DNA of 64,000 nt, from NCBI GenBank assembly GCA_964016885.1, contig OZ024742.1, forward strand, positions 97,340,001-97,404,000, written 5' to 3'. Below, one piece after another: positions 40,201 to 51,500 of the stretch. Origin of the DNA: Eledone cirrhosa (lineage: Eukaryota). How positions within the stretch are numbered: position 1 is the stretch's first letter; each line of letters opens with the position of its first letter. The notes under the pieces are model-generated. The model saw only the letters and a list, made by a program, of their open reading frames with translations, did not search any database and was not told the origin of the DNA. The translations under genes and the position numbers were made by a program.

Positions 40201-40809
40201 TAATTTCACTAAAAAGATGCTCCTCTTACCTTGATGCCCTAAGTATGTGCTTATTTTGCTTGATTGTTAATCCAACCCTAAGATAATGTATGTATCTCAA
40301 GTGATTTGGGAAATGGCAAAAGTCACTGGAGTGTGGGATTAATTGCTTTAGAGTTAGTTCTGGTTCTCTTTGCTCTGAGTTTGAACCCATCAAGGTCAAC
40401 CTTGCTTTCACCCTTTCAGGATCGATAAAGTACTAGTTCACAGGTAGTGATGTAGGGTATTTGTCAAAAGAATTGGTGATTTATATGGCTCTATACATTC
40501 AAAATTTAAATTTTGCCTGCTATTACTAGCAGTTGTAACAAGCAGATAGTATCAGCAATGAAAAACCAATGGAAAAAGTGGTTTGATCTGATTCTCTGCT
40601 CTTTTCAAGTGATTTTCATAAACACGATATCATGCAAAATATATATACATATATATATATAATCATCATCCTCGTTTAACGTCCATGGTGGCCATATTTT
40701 GCTCATACAGAACTGATTTCTGACTTGGTTTATATATATATATTAGCTGGCCCATCCAGGTGGCGCCCAGCTAACACTGTCATGTTCTACGGCATCCAGA
40801 TATATATAT

Positions 40810-42057
40810 ATAGCTGACATACCTAGCTTCGCTTGGATAAACAGACGATAAGCCATCTGTGTAGTATAGTATTACTATTGAAAATATATAGTATAGTATT
40901 ACTTTTGAAAATATATAGTATAGTATTACTATTGAAAATAAATAGTATAGTATTACTGTTGAAAATATATTATATAGTATCACTGTTGAATATATATAGT
41001 ATAGTATTACTGTTGAAAATATATAGTATAGTATTACTTTTGAAAATATATAGTATTACTGTTGAAAATATATAGTATAGTATTACTGTTGAAAATATAT
41101 TGTATAGTATTACTGTTGAAAATATATAGTACAGTATTACTGTTGAAAATATATAGTATAGTATTACTATTGAAAATATATACTATAGTATTACTGTTGA
41201 AAATATATAGTATAGTATTACTGTTGAAAATATATAGCATAATATTACTGTTGAATATATAGTATAATATTACTGTTGAAAATATATAGTATAGTATTAC
41301 TGTTGAAAATATATAGTATAGTAGTACTGTTGAAAATATATTGTATAGTATTACTGTTGAAAATATATAGTACAGTATTACTGTTGAAAATATATAGTAT
41401 AGTATTACTATTGAAAATATATACTATAGTATTACTGTTGAAAATATATAGTACAGTATCACTGTTGAAAATATATAGTATAGTATTACTGGTGAAAATA
41501 TATAGTATAGTATAGTATTATGTTGAAAATATATAGTACAGTATCACTGTTGAAAATATATAATACAGTATTACTGTTGAAAAGATATAGTACAGTACTA
41601 CTGTTGAGAATATATAGTATAGTACTACTGTTGAAAATATATAGTATAGTATTACTATTGAAAATATGTACACAAATATATAATTATATTTATATATAAT
41701 TAATTAAAAGTTGGTTGGAAGCGAAGTCAATGCAGACAGTCAGACAGACAGACATACAGATATATATTATAAGGGTGCGATGTTATAGCTATGTATCTAT
41801 CTAAAAAGACAGAGTAAGAAAGAGAGAGGAATGTTGTATAAGTAATCGCTAACAGGAAGGGTTGACATTTGAAAAATTTGAAGGAGTGAATATTTAAATA
41901 AACAATAAAATATCTTTAATCTTTTCACGAAATTTAGTAGACAAAAATAGCCTCATTTTCTTACTTGGAAAAAGTTACATCTATGGTGCAACTTTGGTGC
42001 CGTTTGGTCGAGCCGTTTGGTGAAAAGTTTATTACATACATACGGCCGTCAGCGTTA

Positions 42058-42062
<5 letters not shown>
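40810..42062 (-). mobile_element. Probable non-autonomous Helitron(s) carrying a minisatellite
   Basis: Minus-strand 3' hairpin CCAAGCGAAGCTAGG followed by CAGCTAT (CTAG-like). Helitron-style 5' ends near 42060 (TATTAATAACGCTGACGGCC-GTATGTATGT) and 41770 ((GTCT)n). Confidence 0.55.
40862..41667. repeat. 27-bp minisatellite, about 30 copies
   Basis: Unit TAGTATAGTATTACTGTTGAAAATATA, which produces the spurious (KIYSIVLLL)n ORFs. Confidence 0.95.
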
Positions 42063-42125
<63 letters not shown>

Positions 42126-42131
<6 letters not shown>

Positions 42132-42652
42132 TATGTATACGTACATACATATATGTATACAGACGTACAGTAGTATGTATATGTATATACATACATGCAC
42201 ACATATATATATGTACGTATGGATTCACCGAACATTTATTATAATGCTCGGTGTGTTTGTAAACAAACATCCCGAATTAAGCCGTACAGTGTCTAGCAAC
42301 CATCGTTGCTCGTTTGTTCAACACCGACAAAGGAACGCTATACTAGTTTCAAGCTTATTAGCTATCGTCAGCAACGTATACCTTCCTGCCAGATGATTGA
42401 ACATATGACGATAGCTAATAAGCTTGAAACTAGTACATCGTTCCTTTGTCAGTGTTGAACAAAAGGGCAACGATGGTTGCTAGACAATGTACGGCTTAAT
42501 TCGGGATGTTTGTTTACAAACACACCGAGCATTATAATAAATGTGCGGTGAATTCATACGTACATATATATATGTGTGCATGTATGTATATATATATATA
42601 CATACTACTGTACGTCTGTATACATATATGTATGTACGCATACATACTTATA
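42126..42652. repeat. Long inverted repeat (~245-bp arms, ~35-nt spacer) with hammerhead
   Basis: 42126-42370 is the reverse complement of 42406-42652 with scattered mismatches. It lies between two (TA)n tracts. Confidence 0.9.
42335..42377 (-). ncRNA. Minimal type I hammerhead ribozyme, intact core
   Basis: Minus strand: ACGTTG-CTGACGA-T-AGCT-AATA-AGCT-T-GAAA-CTAG-TA-TAGCGT. Palindromic stem III ACTAGT, GUA triplet. Confidence 0.82.
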
Positions 42653-42675
42653 TTTAAGTAACAACCGTACTAAGA

Positions 42676-42730
<55 letters not shown>

Positions 42731-42737
<7 letters not shown>

Positions 42738-42851
42738 TAAGAGGAATTCCAACTTTGTCTGATTTACTCGTTTTATTTACAATCCTTTAAAATTTATAAT
42801 GGTATTATAATGAAATAGTATGATAGAATATTAAATGTTAAGTGTTAATTG
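42731..42851 (-). repeat. Second copy of the outer arm of the 25.3-kb palindrome family
   Basis: Near-identical to 25342-25462 (ATATTAATAAGAGGAATTCCAACTTTGTCTG...AAGTGTTAATTG). Confidence 0.9.
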
Positions 42852-43150
42852 GTTCATAGAGAGGTTCTCTGGCAATTATCGGAACAAACGAAGATAATAC
42901 GTCATATGTGGAGCGTGGAGAACAATTGCACGCACAGACAAAAGCACGTAAATGGTATAGCTGAAGTCGTAGACTAAAATTCTAACTAGGAAACCGAAAG
43001 AATCTCCGCTTCAGAGTTAAGAATAAAGTAAATAAAATACAATACAGAGGTAATAGATATTAAATAAATACATACACGCATGCGAATACGTATATACACA
43101 AGCATACGCGAAAACGCTTGCCATAGGTATACAAAACCACGCACATATAA

Positions 43151-43229
<79 letters not shown>

Positions 43230-45118
43230 CAAATAAATAAAATAAATAAATAAACGTATATAAATAAATAAATACGTATATAACAAGCGCACACACATAC
43301 CTACATGTAAATACACAAATGTTCGGAGAAGTACGTCAACCAAAACATGAAGTACACATATACACACACCCTACATACGTACTATCCTGCATACTCACAC
43401 AGACGCAAAACTCCCGTATACACATAACCAAACCATATGTACCAGAATATATAAAATTATACGCCATAACATATACAATCAAATATACGTACGAGAAAGT
43501 ATACGTACCTTCACAAAACATACAGGTAATATATACTTACCTATGCAAATAAGTAATGGTATAAACATAACATATACTTAGCTACCACATCAAGACGTAA
43601 AATATCCACGTATAGATCGTGCTATCCGTTAGGGTATAATGTGGGGCTGTAATACAGGAAAGTGTTGTGCAATTTATGTTTACAAGCCGAAATTGCCTCA
43701 GATTTTTTGTTTAAGATGTGGTCTGTGGCGTAGAGAATTTCCAGGGCCTCAGCAGAGCAGAGGTCAAATGGTCTTTTATTTCCGTTATACGATCTAGCCC
43801 TAGCTATGATCTCCCAGTGTAACTTATATTGGGTGTGGTTGTCTTTTAGACTCCAGATATAAGCTGCAAGTGACGTAATATTCCTTCTTAGAGAGTAACG
43901 AAAAGAATGGGTATGCATGTAAAGACGCTGCTTGAATCTATTAGCGGTTAACCCTATGTAGGCCCTACGGGACGTGGGTGTTTCAACCTTACATTTGTAG
44001 ACAATGTTACTAGAGAGGCATTTCCCGGATAAGGGGCAATCAACCCGATTCCTACAATTACAGTTAGTACTAACTACAGGGTTGCATGTGTTCCTACGGC
44101 TAGGTAGTTTAGCTAAATTTGAAGCTGTGATGTTATGTGCAAGGTTAGGAGTCGTAGAGTAAGAAATTTTAATAGTATTTCTATTAAAAATTTTACTATA
44201 TTTGTGTAGGGGGAAATGCTTCGTAATAAGGGAAAGAAAGATCTTAGCTAATGGTGTGGCCACCTCCATATTATATGGTGGGTTATATCAACAAATGCGA
44301 CGGGATCTATTTCTTCTAGGTCTATTTTCGTACTCTGTATATGCTACCTTATCGACAAATCCACTCCGAGCAAGAGCTTCATTGTAATAAATGGAATGGT
44401 CGTTGAAAATATGCTCGTTAGTAGATAGACGGGAAAGCCTCAACGAAACGTTTCTTACCAGGTTCTTGGTTATGCTGGCAGGATGGTTGGAATGCTTACT
44501 TATGTAATTAAGCGTATCTTTCGGCTTTCTATACGGGTAATACAACCCAGGGTAACGTCGAGGTAATTAACGACCGAGAGATTGGCCTCAACCTGTATAG
44601 AGAGGTTGAAGCCTTTAAAGAAGGCTGTGAGTTCTTTTCTGAACCTGTCGCAAGCACGAGGTACGCACTTAGTCATGGTCAAAAGACGATCATCACGGTA
44701 CAAACCACCGCCCGCGTTGGCGTGCAATTGTTCTCTACACTCCACATATGACGTATTATCTTCGTTTTTTCCGTTCATTGCCAGAGAACGTCTCTATGAA
44801 CCACCTAAGAGAACATTAGTCTACGACTTCTTTTATACCATAAACGTGGTTCTATCTTTGCGTGTAATTGTTTTTCACCGCTCCTATTAATGACGTATTA
44901 TATTCGATTTTTCCCGTTCTTTGCCAGGGAACGTTTCCACGAACCAAAGTATCGTCTTCCTGTCTTCCTCCGGTTGCAACGTTTTTTGAAATATCCACTT
45001 CTGCGTTTACAGATTGACTTTGTTAGTTTCAGGAGATCCCGTTAAGGGTGAAAGCAGCGATTCTTTGCTTCAACTTGAATCTGTTATTTTAATAAATATT
45101 TGCTCTACGGTTCTTATA
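42851..45118 (-). mobile_element. Penelope-like element, Naiad-like, with inverted pLTR at its 5' end
   Basis: GGLYRDD, NYLDVTL, YISKHSNHP, CNCRNRVDCPLSGKC, IVYKCKV..AYIGLT..FKQR and LNKKSE..CKH over 43622-44720. 44721-44802 is the reverse complement of 42851-42932. Confidence 0.88.
45025..45075 (+). ncRNA. Degenerate hammerhead in the inverted pLTR
   Basis: AGTT-T-CAGGAGA-T-CCC-GTTAA-GGG-T-GAAA-GCAG..TTGC-TT-C-AACT, with two mismatches to CUGANGA. AATAAA at 45091. Confidence 0.5.
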
Positions 45119-45310
45119 TCTATCTATCTATCTATCTAAGGCGGGTCAAATTCCCGAGATCCATGGACGAGTTCTCTCCAGCGGTCTCTGTCCCTCATTA
45201 TCGCTGCCATATCCTGCATCTCCAACAGACCAGTGTCTGTCCTTAGGGCATCAACATATGTTAACCTTGGTCTTCCTCTTCTAGTGTGTCCATGTAGGGG
45301 CTCCCAAAGG
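45118..45310 (-). mobile_element. RTE-like LINE 3' end (GATA tail)
   Basis: LWEPLHGHTRRGRPRLTYVDAL..D...MRDRDRWR.. then a stop and (GATA)n. Confidence 0.8.
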
Positions 45311-45385
45311 TTCTTATATATTTGATATATATTTATCCTTATCGAGCCCTCTTTGGATTTTAGTCTTCAAATTTATTATTATTAC

Positions 45386-45475
<90 letters not shown>

Positions 45476-46127
45476 TACATATATACATACTTCCTTACAA
45501 CTGCCATCTACAAAATTAACTCACAGGGTGTCGGTAGGTCAAGGCTGTTACATGGTAAGACAGACCTCATGACTACATTATTGCAACAAGATCTTCTTAA
45601 CCCCAAACTATTTTGACATGATATTGAATAATCAATATTCATGATATCATATGAATATTCACTATGACTTATCTGGCATGAATAATTTTGCACTTATTTA
45701 ACTTTACACTCGACACCTCACAAAATTGAATTCTATGATTCTACAAGATTTAAGGTGAATAGCTTTAGCAAGAATTTATTCAATAAAGTTCAAATGATTT
45801 TTAATATTTATATGTTGTGAGATGGAATCGGTAGAATTCTTCATATACCAATATTATCAAATTTTTCTACATCTTTGTACAAATAGCAGATTCTTCAAAT
45901 GGTGCTTTTAACTTCATATTGTGAAGGAAATCTGTTGCTTTCTGCTTCAGTTGAAAGTCATTCATCACTTAAAGAGTAACTTCTAACTAAAGTAGTTATC
46001 CAAAATACATGAACGTTCTGCATGATTTTATGTATGTGTAAGTGTGTGTGTATATATATATCATCATCATCATTGTTTAACGTCTATCTTCGACACTAGC
46101 ATGGGTTTAGACGAGGAATATATATAT

Positions 46128-46953
46128 AAATTTCTTTAAGTCGTTTGGAAGCCTCGACAATCCAAATGGGTAAATCTCTGGGTAACAAGATCCGCTGGTG
46201 AAGAGAGAGATGTAAGTGGGTGTACGTTGAGATGCGTGGCGTGTATAAGACGTGTAGAGGAATGAAGGAAAGAGCATAAAGGATAAAATTAAAATAACAA
46301 CACGAGAGAGAGTTACCTTGGGAGAGATTTAATTGTCCCTATATATTTCGGATTCACATCCATCAACTGGGGTTTTTTCCGGGGTGGGGGAAAGGTTGTC
46401 TGTCGGAAAGGTGCGAAACGCGTCCTCCGCTGTTCGGTGTTTTAATATGTGAGGTATTCAGCAGAGCGCGCGTGCGCGTGAAATGGGGTCCGTCGGACAG
46501 AGGTCAGCGGCCGAAGTAGTTCTTTCAATTGTGAGAGTGGGGTGGCGCTAGCTGTCAGTCCATTCTCTGCCTGTTTGTTGAATGTTACTGTGTGTTGTGT
46601 GTGTGCGTGTGTTGTTGCCTTGTTCCTCTGTATTGGCAGTGTGGTATGTTCGCATGGTGGAATGCTACTGCGTGTGTGTGTCTGTGTGCGTGTGTTGCTG
46701 TCTCGCTTGTGTGTGTGTGTGCGTGTGTTGCTGCATCGTTTGTTAACTTAAACCAACCACCTCATTTCGCTTCTCTCGGATCGATTGTTTATTTGTGGCC
46801 CTAGGCGTTTGATCCAAAGTGCTTCCTTGATACGTAACGTGCCGACGTTTCTTTCAGTCGCTAGAATTGTGACAATGGGCCTTCTGTCTTTGTTCCGCAT
46901 TTGTCTATGTGTTTCCGGAAAGACGAGGCCCTGGTTTTAGTGTGTTCCTTGAT
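46128..46953 (-). mobile_element. Severely 5'-truncated Penelope-like element (Poseidon/Penelope-like GIY-YIG C-terminus)
   Basis: IKEHTKTRASSFRKHIDKC, frameshift, then VTILATERNVGTLRIKEALWIKRLGPQINNRSE..stop (46748-46953). CA-rich UTR, degenerate hammerhead at 46337-46372, TA runs on both sides. Not in the ORF track. Confidence 0.75.
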
Positions 46954-47084
46954 ATATATATATAATAATATATATATAATATATATTTATATATATATTA
47001 TATATATAAATATATATAATATATATTTATATATATATTATATATATAAATATATATAATATATATATATAAACATACAGACAC

Positions 47085-47402
47085 ATGGCTTAGTGGTTAG
47101 AGCATTGGTCTTGCAATCGAAAGGTTGTGAGTTAAATTCTCAGACCGGGTGATGTGTTGTTTCCTTGAGCAAGACACTTATTTCACATTGCTCCAGTTTA
47201 CTCAGCTGTAGAAATGAGATGATAGGGACTGGGCTCCCTATCATTCCACTGCAAAGTGGTCGTGGAGGTGCCACGGCAAAAAAGCACCCAGCACTCACTG
47301 TAAATGAGGTTGGTGTTAGGGAGAGCATCCAGCTGTAGAAATCAAGCCAGAATCAGTTTCCGTCCCACCCTTGCAAGCAGGGAAAAGCGGACGTAAAATG
47401 AT
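47085..47402 (+). mobile_element. tRNA-derived SINE with family-A RTE tail
   Basis: Same as 2130-2509 with one fewer internal tandem unit. Confidence 0.88.
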
Positions 47403-49444
47403 TAAAATAAAAAAAAAACATGTATATCCATCTATCCATATACCTTCAAGGCATGATGGAGTTTTGGGGAGTCTGTTTGGGGATTTAAACCTGGCAGAGC
47501 TCATCTCTCTCTCCAAGTCTGAAAAGCGAGTGACGGAGAGAATATCAACTCCAATGCTAGACTGGTTCTTTATCAACCACACCATAGGATGAAAGACAAA
47601 ATGAACCTCAGTGGGATTTGAACTCAAATTACAGAGAGCTGGAATGAATACTCCAAATCACTGTATCTCATGTTCTAATGACTGCCAATTTGCTTTATCT
47701 TCCACATAATCATTATCATCATTTTATGTCCCATTTTCAGATTGGCATGTGTTGAATGGTTTATCGCAACCCTAGACAAGACGGGCCAGTCTTGCTTATT
47801 AGGTACCATATTTGGCATGGTTCCTATGGCTGAATGTCCTTCCTAAACCAACCACCATTGTAGGGTGTGCTGGGTGCAATTGTCATGACACCAGCTCTAA
47901 CATTTTTTTCACAATGGACTGGAGTTGTTTTATTGCAGTACAAACATCAACACTTTACAGGATGTACAGGCTGCCTTACATATATACACACACACAAAAG
48001 CTCACACATACATATGTTTGTTTGCATGTGTGTGTGATATAAAGAAAATGTGTGTATGTGCATGAGTGTTTGCATAGGTGAGTGTTTGTTTGTATCTGTA
48101 TGTGATTGCATGAATGTATATATTTGTGTAAGTGTGCATGGGAACTCATGTGTGAATGAAAATGTGCACATTTTGAAAAAAATTCTATTTACTTCAGACA
48201 TACCCTCCTCTGCTGTTATGCAGATCTGTGTGGGATGTGAGAAGAGTGAGTCAGGAGTGGATGAGGGCTATGTGAGAAAGGGAAAAAGAAAAAAATGAAA
48301 GGAAAAGGAAAATAGTGAGGAAAATACTAGGAAATTGTAAAGTAAAAGGAGAGAGTTTGGAATAATGAAGAAGAAAGAGAAAAGAGCTAAATGGAGAGGG
48401 AAAGGGTGAAGAAGAAGAAGAAGAAGAAGAAGAAGAAGAAGAAGAAGAAGAAGAGAGGTAAAAAAAAGAAAGTTTGGAATGGTGTGGATGATGATAATGA
48501 CAGTGATAATGATGATTATGGTAATAAATGGTAGGATGGTGATGATAATGATGATATTGATAATGATCATTGACAATGACGATGATCAGGATAGTAACAA
48601 TGATGATGATGATAATGGAAAACAGGAGAGGAAATAAAAAAAAAACAGAACAAGGAAAATACGTTCAAGATAAATGGTAAAATTCTAAGAAGTTTAAACA
48701 AAATAACCAGGGACAATAACAACATCAACAACAATAACACTACCAATAACAGCAGCAATAACACCTGCAGTGGCAACAACACCAAAAATCTGAAGTGCAA
48801 CAAGAGCAAAATCATCAGCAACAAATAACCCCTAACATCACTAGCACTACTACTACCACCAGCATCGACAGGAACAAGGTCTTTATCAACACCACACCAC
48901 CACCATCACTACCAGCATCACAAGCAAAAATAACAACTACCATAACCTCACCAATACCACTACCAACACCAACAAAAACAACAACATAGAAAATTACTAT
49001 AACATCACCAACACCAACACTAACAACCACAGCTACAACAACAACTGCAGTAGCAACAAGAACAAGGCACTACCATAACATCAACAAATACAACAACAAG
49101 GAACAGAAAATAAGATCTAGCTATTTTAGATTGGAATTATGTGGAGCAGAATACAAAATGTACATACAGTATGTTGTGAAAGACGTCATTGAAAGAAGCA
49201 ATGGCTAAGACCTTGAAATAAGTCTGAACACAAGTTAAAAGTTTATTAAAAATTGAAAAAATTCTACAGAAATATCAAAATAGAATTCATTTCTGAAATA
49301 GAAGCATTTTCTGAATGTCTTGTAGTTTTGAAATTTCTCTGAAAAACATATTTTGTTTTAGAATCTATTACATACATACGTACATATGTACATACATACA
49401 TACATAAATACATACATACATATACTCATGCATGCATACATACA

Positions 49445-50057
49445 TACATGGTGGCTGCCAACTCATTTTCGAGTACGGCCACTACTTTATATCCATGTAG
49501 GAGAACTCCTACCGATGCGCTGAATGAGTGTGACTTTTTAGTCCAGCCAGCGTATTGAAAACTCTGGTACAAACACTACACTTGTGACAATTATTGACAC
49601 ATAGTGCTGGGCCCATGGCACCATGTGACGACAAGTGCAGAGAGATCTCCAGATATAAAGCAATACCTGTGCTGTGAAGCTTTTATAGTGAGCAAAGGCA
49701 CTGCACAAAGCCAGTCCCACTCTCTTAACCAAGATGATATTTACCAAAAAGAAGAACAAGTCAACATCATTGGATACCATCAGAGTTGCAGGTGTCATAT
49801 CAGAGTTTTCCTTCTCCTAGAATTCTGCCTTGACAAAGGCTAAGGGGTCATCTCTCCCGGTGATTTTGGATGGCCATTGACTCTTAAGAGCTCCTTTGCC
49901 CTTTGACAGGTTTTGTTTTTAGTCCTGCAGGATGTCCAAAGTCACCCTCCTCACCAAGAAACCTTGGTGGGGTTGCCAATTTAGTCACCAACGACCCGAC
50001 CATGAGACAGGTTGTACTGGGATACATGTTACCAGTAGCACCAACTGGTGACCTGAC
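49445..50057 (-). mobile_element. Non-coding (TGTA)n-tailed retroelement, probable RTE derivative
   Basis: Embedded in (TACA)n on both sides. Its tail GCAGCCACC(ATGT)n resembles that of the BovB-like LINE at 50727, and it has a homologue at 31008-31420. Confidence 0.55.
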
Positions 50058-50260
50058 ATACACATACATACATACACACATACATATATATATATTTATA
50101 TATATATATATATTTATATCTTTAGGTTTGTTGGTTCACCACTGGATAGAATTGGTCATTTCGTATGGTCAATCTTGGTGTAATATTAGGGAGAGTACTC
50201 AACGTAGTGCAGTTCACCCGTCTTCATTTGTGTAGTTGGTGGTGCGAATACGGAGTTAAT

Positions 50261-50650
50261 TATAAATAAAAATAACAGGAGGCTGGACTGGTGTAAATCC
50301 TTGAAAGGTTTATTATACTATGATCACTTCCATGACCGGGTTCCATATGAATCCGGTGATATCATAAGGTATTCAAAATATAACAAAGGAATATGTAAAA
50401 ACCATGGGTCCGAAAAATCAGAGACAGAGAGGACGACTGACCAACTAGCTGTCTTCACCTCGGCCGGTCGCCCTCAAAGTCATTTGTCTCTGATTTTTCG
50501 GACCCATGGTTTTGACATATTCCTTTGTTATATTTTGAATACCTGATGATATCACCCGATTCATATGGAACCCGGTCATTGAAGTGATCATAGTATAATA
50601 AACCTTTCAAGGACTTTCACCAGTCCAGCCTCCTGTTATTTTTATTTATA
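50261..50650. repeat. Long inverted repeat (166-bp arms, 58-nt spacer) with hammerhead
   Basis: 50261-50426 is the reverse complement of 50485-50650. Ends in a TA run. Confidence 0.9.
50539..50596 (+). ncRNA. Type I hammerhead variant (GAAG instead of GAAA)
   Basis: ATAC-CTGATGA-T-[stem II]-T-GAAG-TGATCA-TA-GTAT, then AATAAA at 50597. Palindromic stem III TGATCA. Confidence 0.7.
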
Positions 50651-50655
50651 TATAT

Positions 50656-50688
<33 letters not shown>

Positions 50689-50726
50689 TTATATATATAT
50701 ATATTTATATATAGATATATATCCTC

Positions 50727-51500
50727 ATACATACATACATACATGATGGCTGCATCTTAATTTTCACAATTGCCACCTCCTCATCCACTTTTCACAAATG
50801 GTGAAGTGAATATAACTTTTTAGGCCTTCTATGATTTACATTCCTTTCTGCATACGCTGCAGAGATACAAGTTACTTCCACTTTAGTTTCCTGTTTTGCT
50901 TTGGTGAGTTTTCAAATGATGTTGGTGTCCACTGGCCAAGGTACATTATTTTCCACACTCTTGACTGACAGGAAGAAATCCTGAAGAGTAGATAATTGGC
51001 GACATATTGTATGTGGTTTCTATGACAACATCTAAAATCAGCGTTGCTGAAGTAAATCCAGGCATGCTCATTGCGCATAGTCATTTTGGGCATCTGAAAA
51101 TTCAGGTAAAGTAATATTGTGTAGAAACTTAAGCAGACCCCTCTTTAATTTTTCATGCTCTACACAAGACTTTTCAAATTCCTGTTTTACACAAACACTG
51201 TTTTCCTCCATGGATCGAAGATAATGACTTCCCAGTTATCTTCTCTGGTATTTGACTTCATTTTGATGAGGTCCTTATAACTAAGATTTGGTTTAATTCT
51301 TGATCATTTGCTTTTGACTAACTCCCCATACAGTAACTGCCTTGGAACATGTATAACTGGTATTTTTACATGGTTACTCAAACACAATCTATATCGAATT
51401 ATGTGAGATTCAACACTTTCAAAATTACTTTCTTCCATTACTTTTTTTCATATGTGAAAGACACAGTTCATGAAAATGTACAAGCATTTTTATATTTCGC
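50727..51500 (-). mobile_element. Degenerate BovB-like RTE LINE 3' end
   Basis: VPRQLLYGELV..P..SYKDLIK, an R..W....G...FE motif, terminal CSVCRKECKS zinc-finger remnant and (ATGT)n tail. Confidence 0.7.

Noticed and set aside
40862-41667. Possible CRISPR array or (KIYSIVLLL)n protein
   Set aside because: Head-to-tail 27-bp units with no unique spacers, no cas genes, and a eukaryotic context.
49168-49223. Possible 56-nt minus-strand exon (TYFKVLAIASFNDVFHNIL)
   Set aside because: The acceptor and donor look plausible, but such matches occur by chance in 64 kb and there is no supporting homology.
50155-50230. Possible extra minus-strand hammerhead (ATGAAGA...GAAA)
   Set aside because: The first core base is wrong and no convincing stems I-III form.
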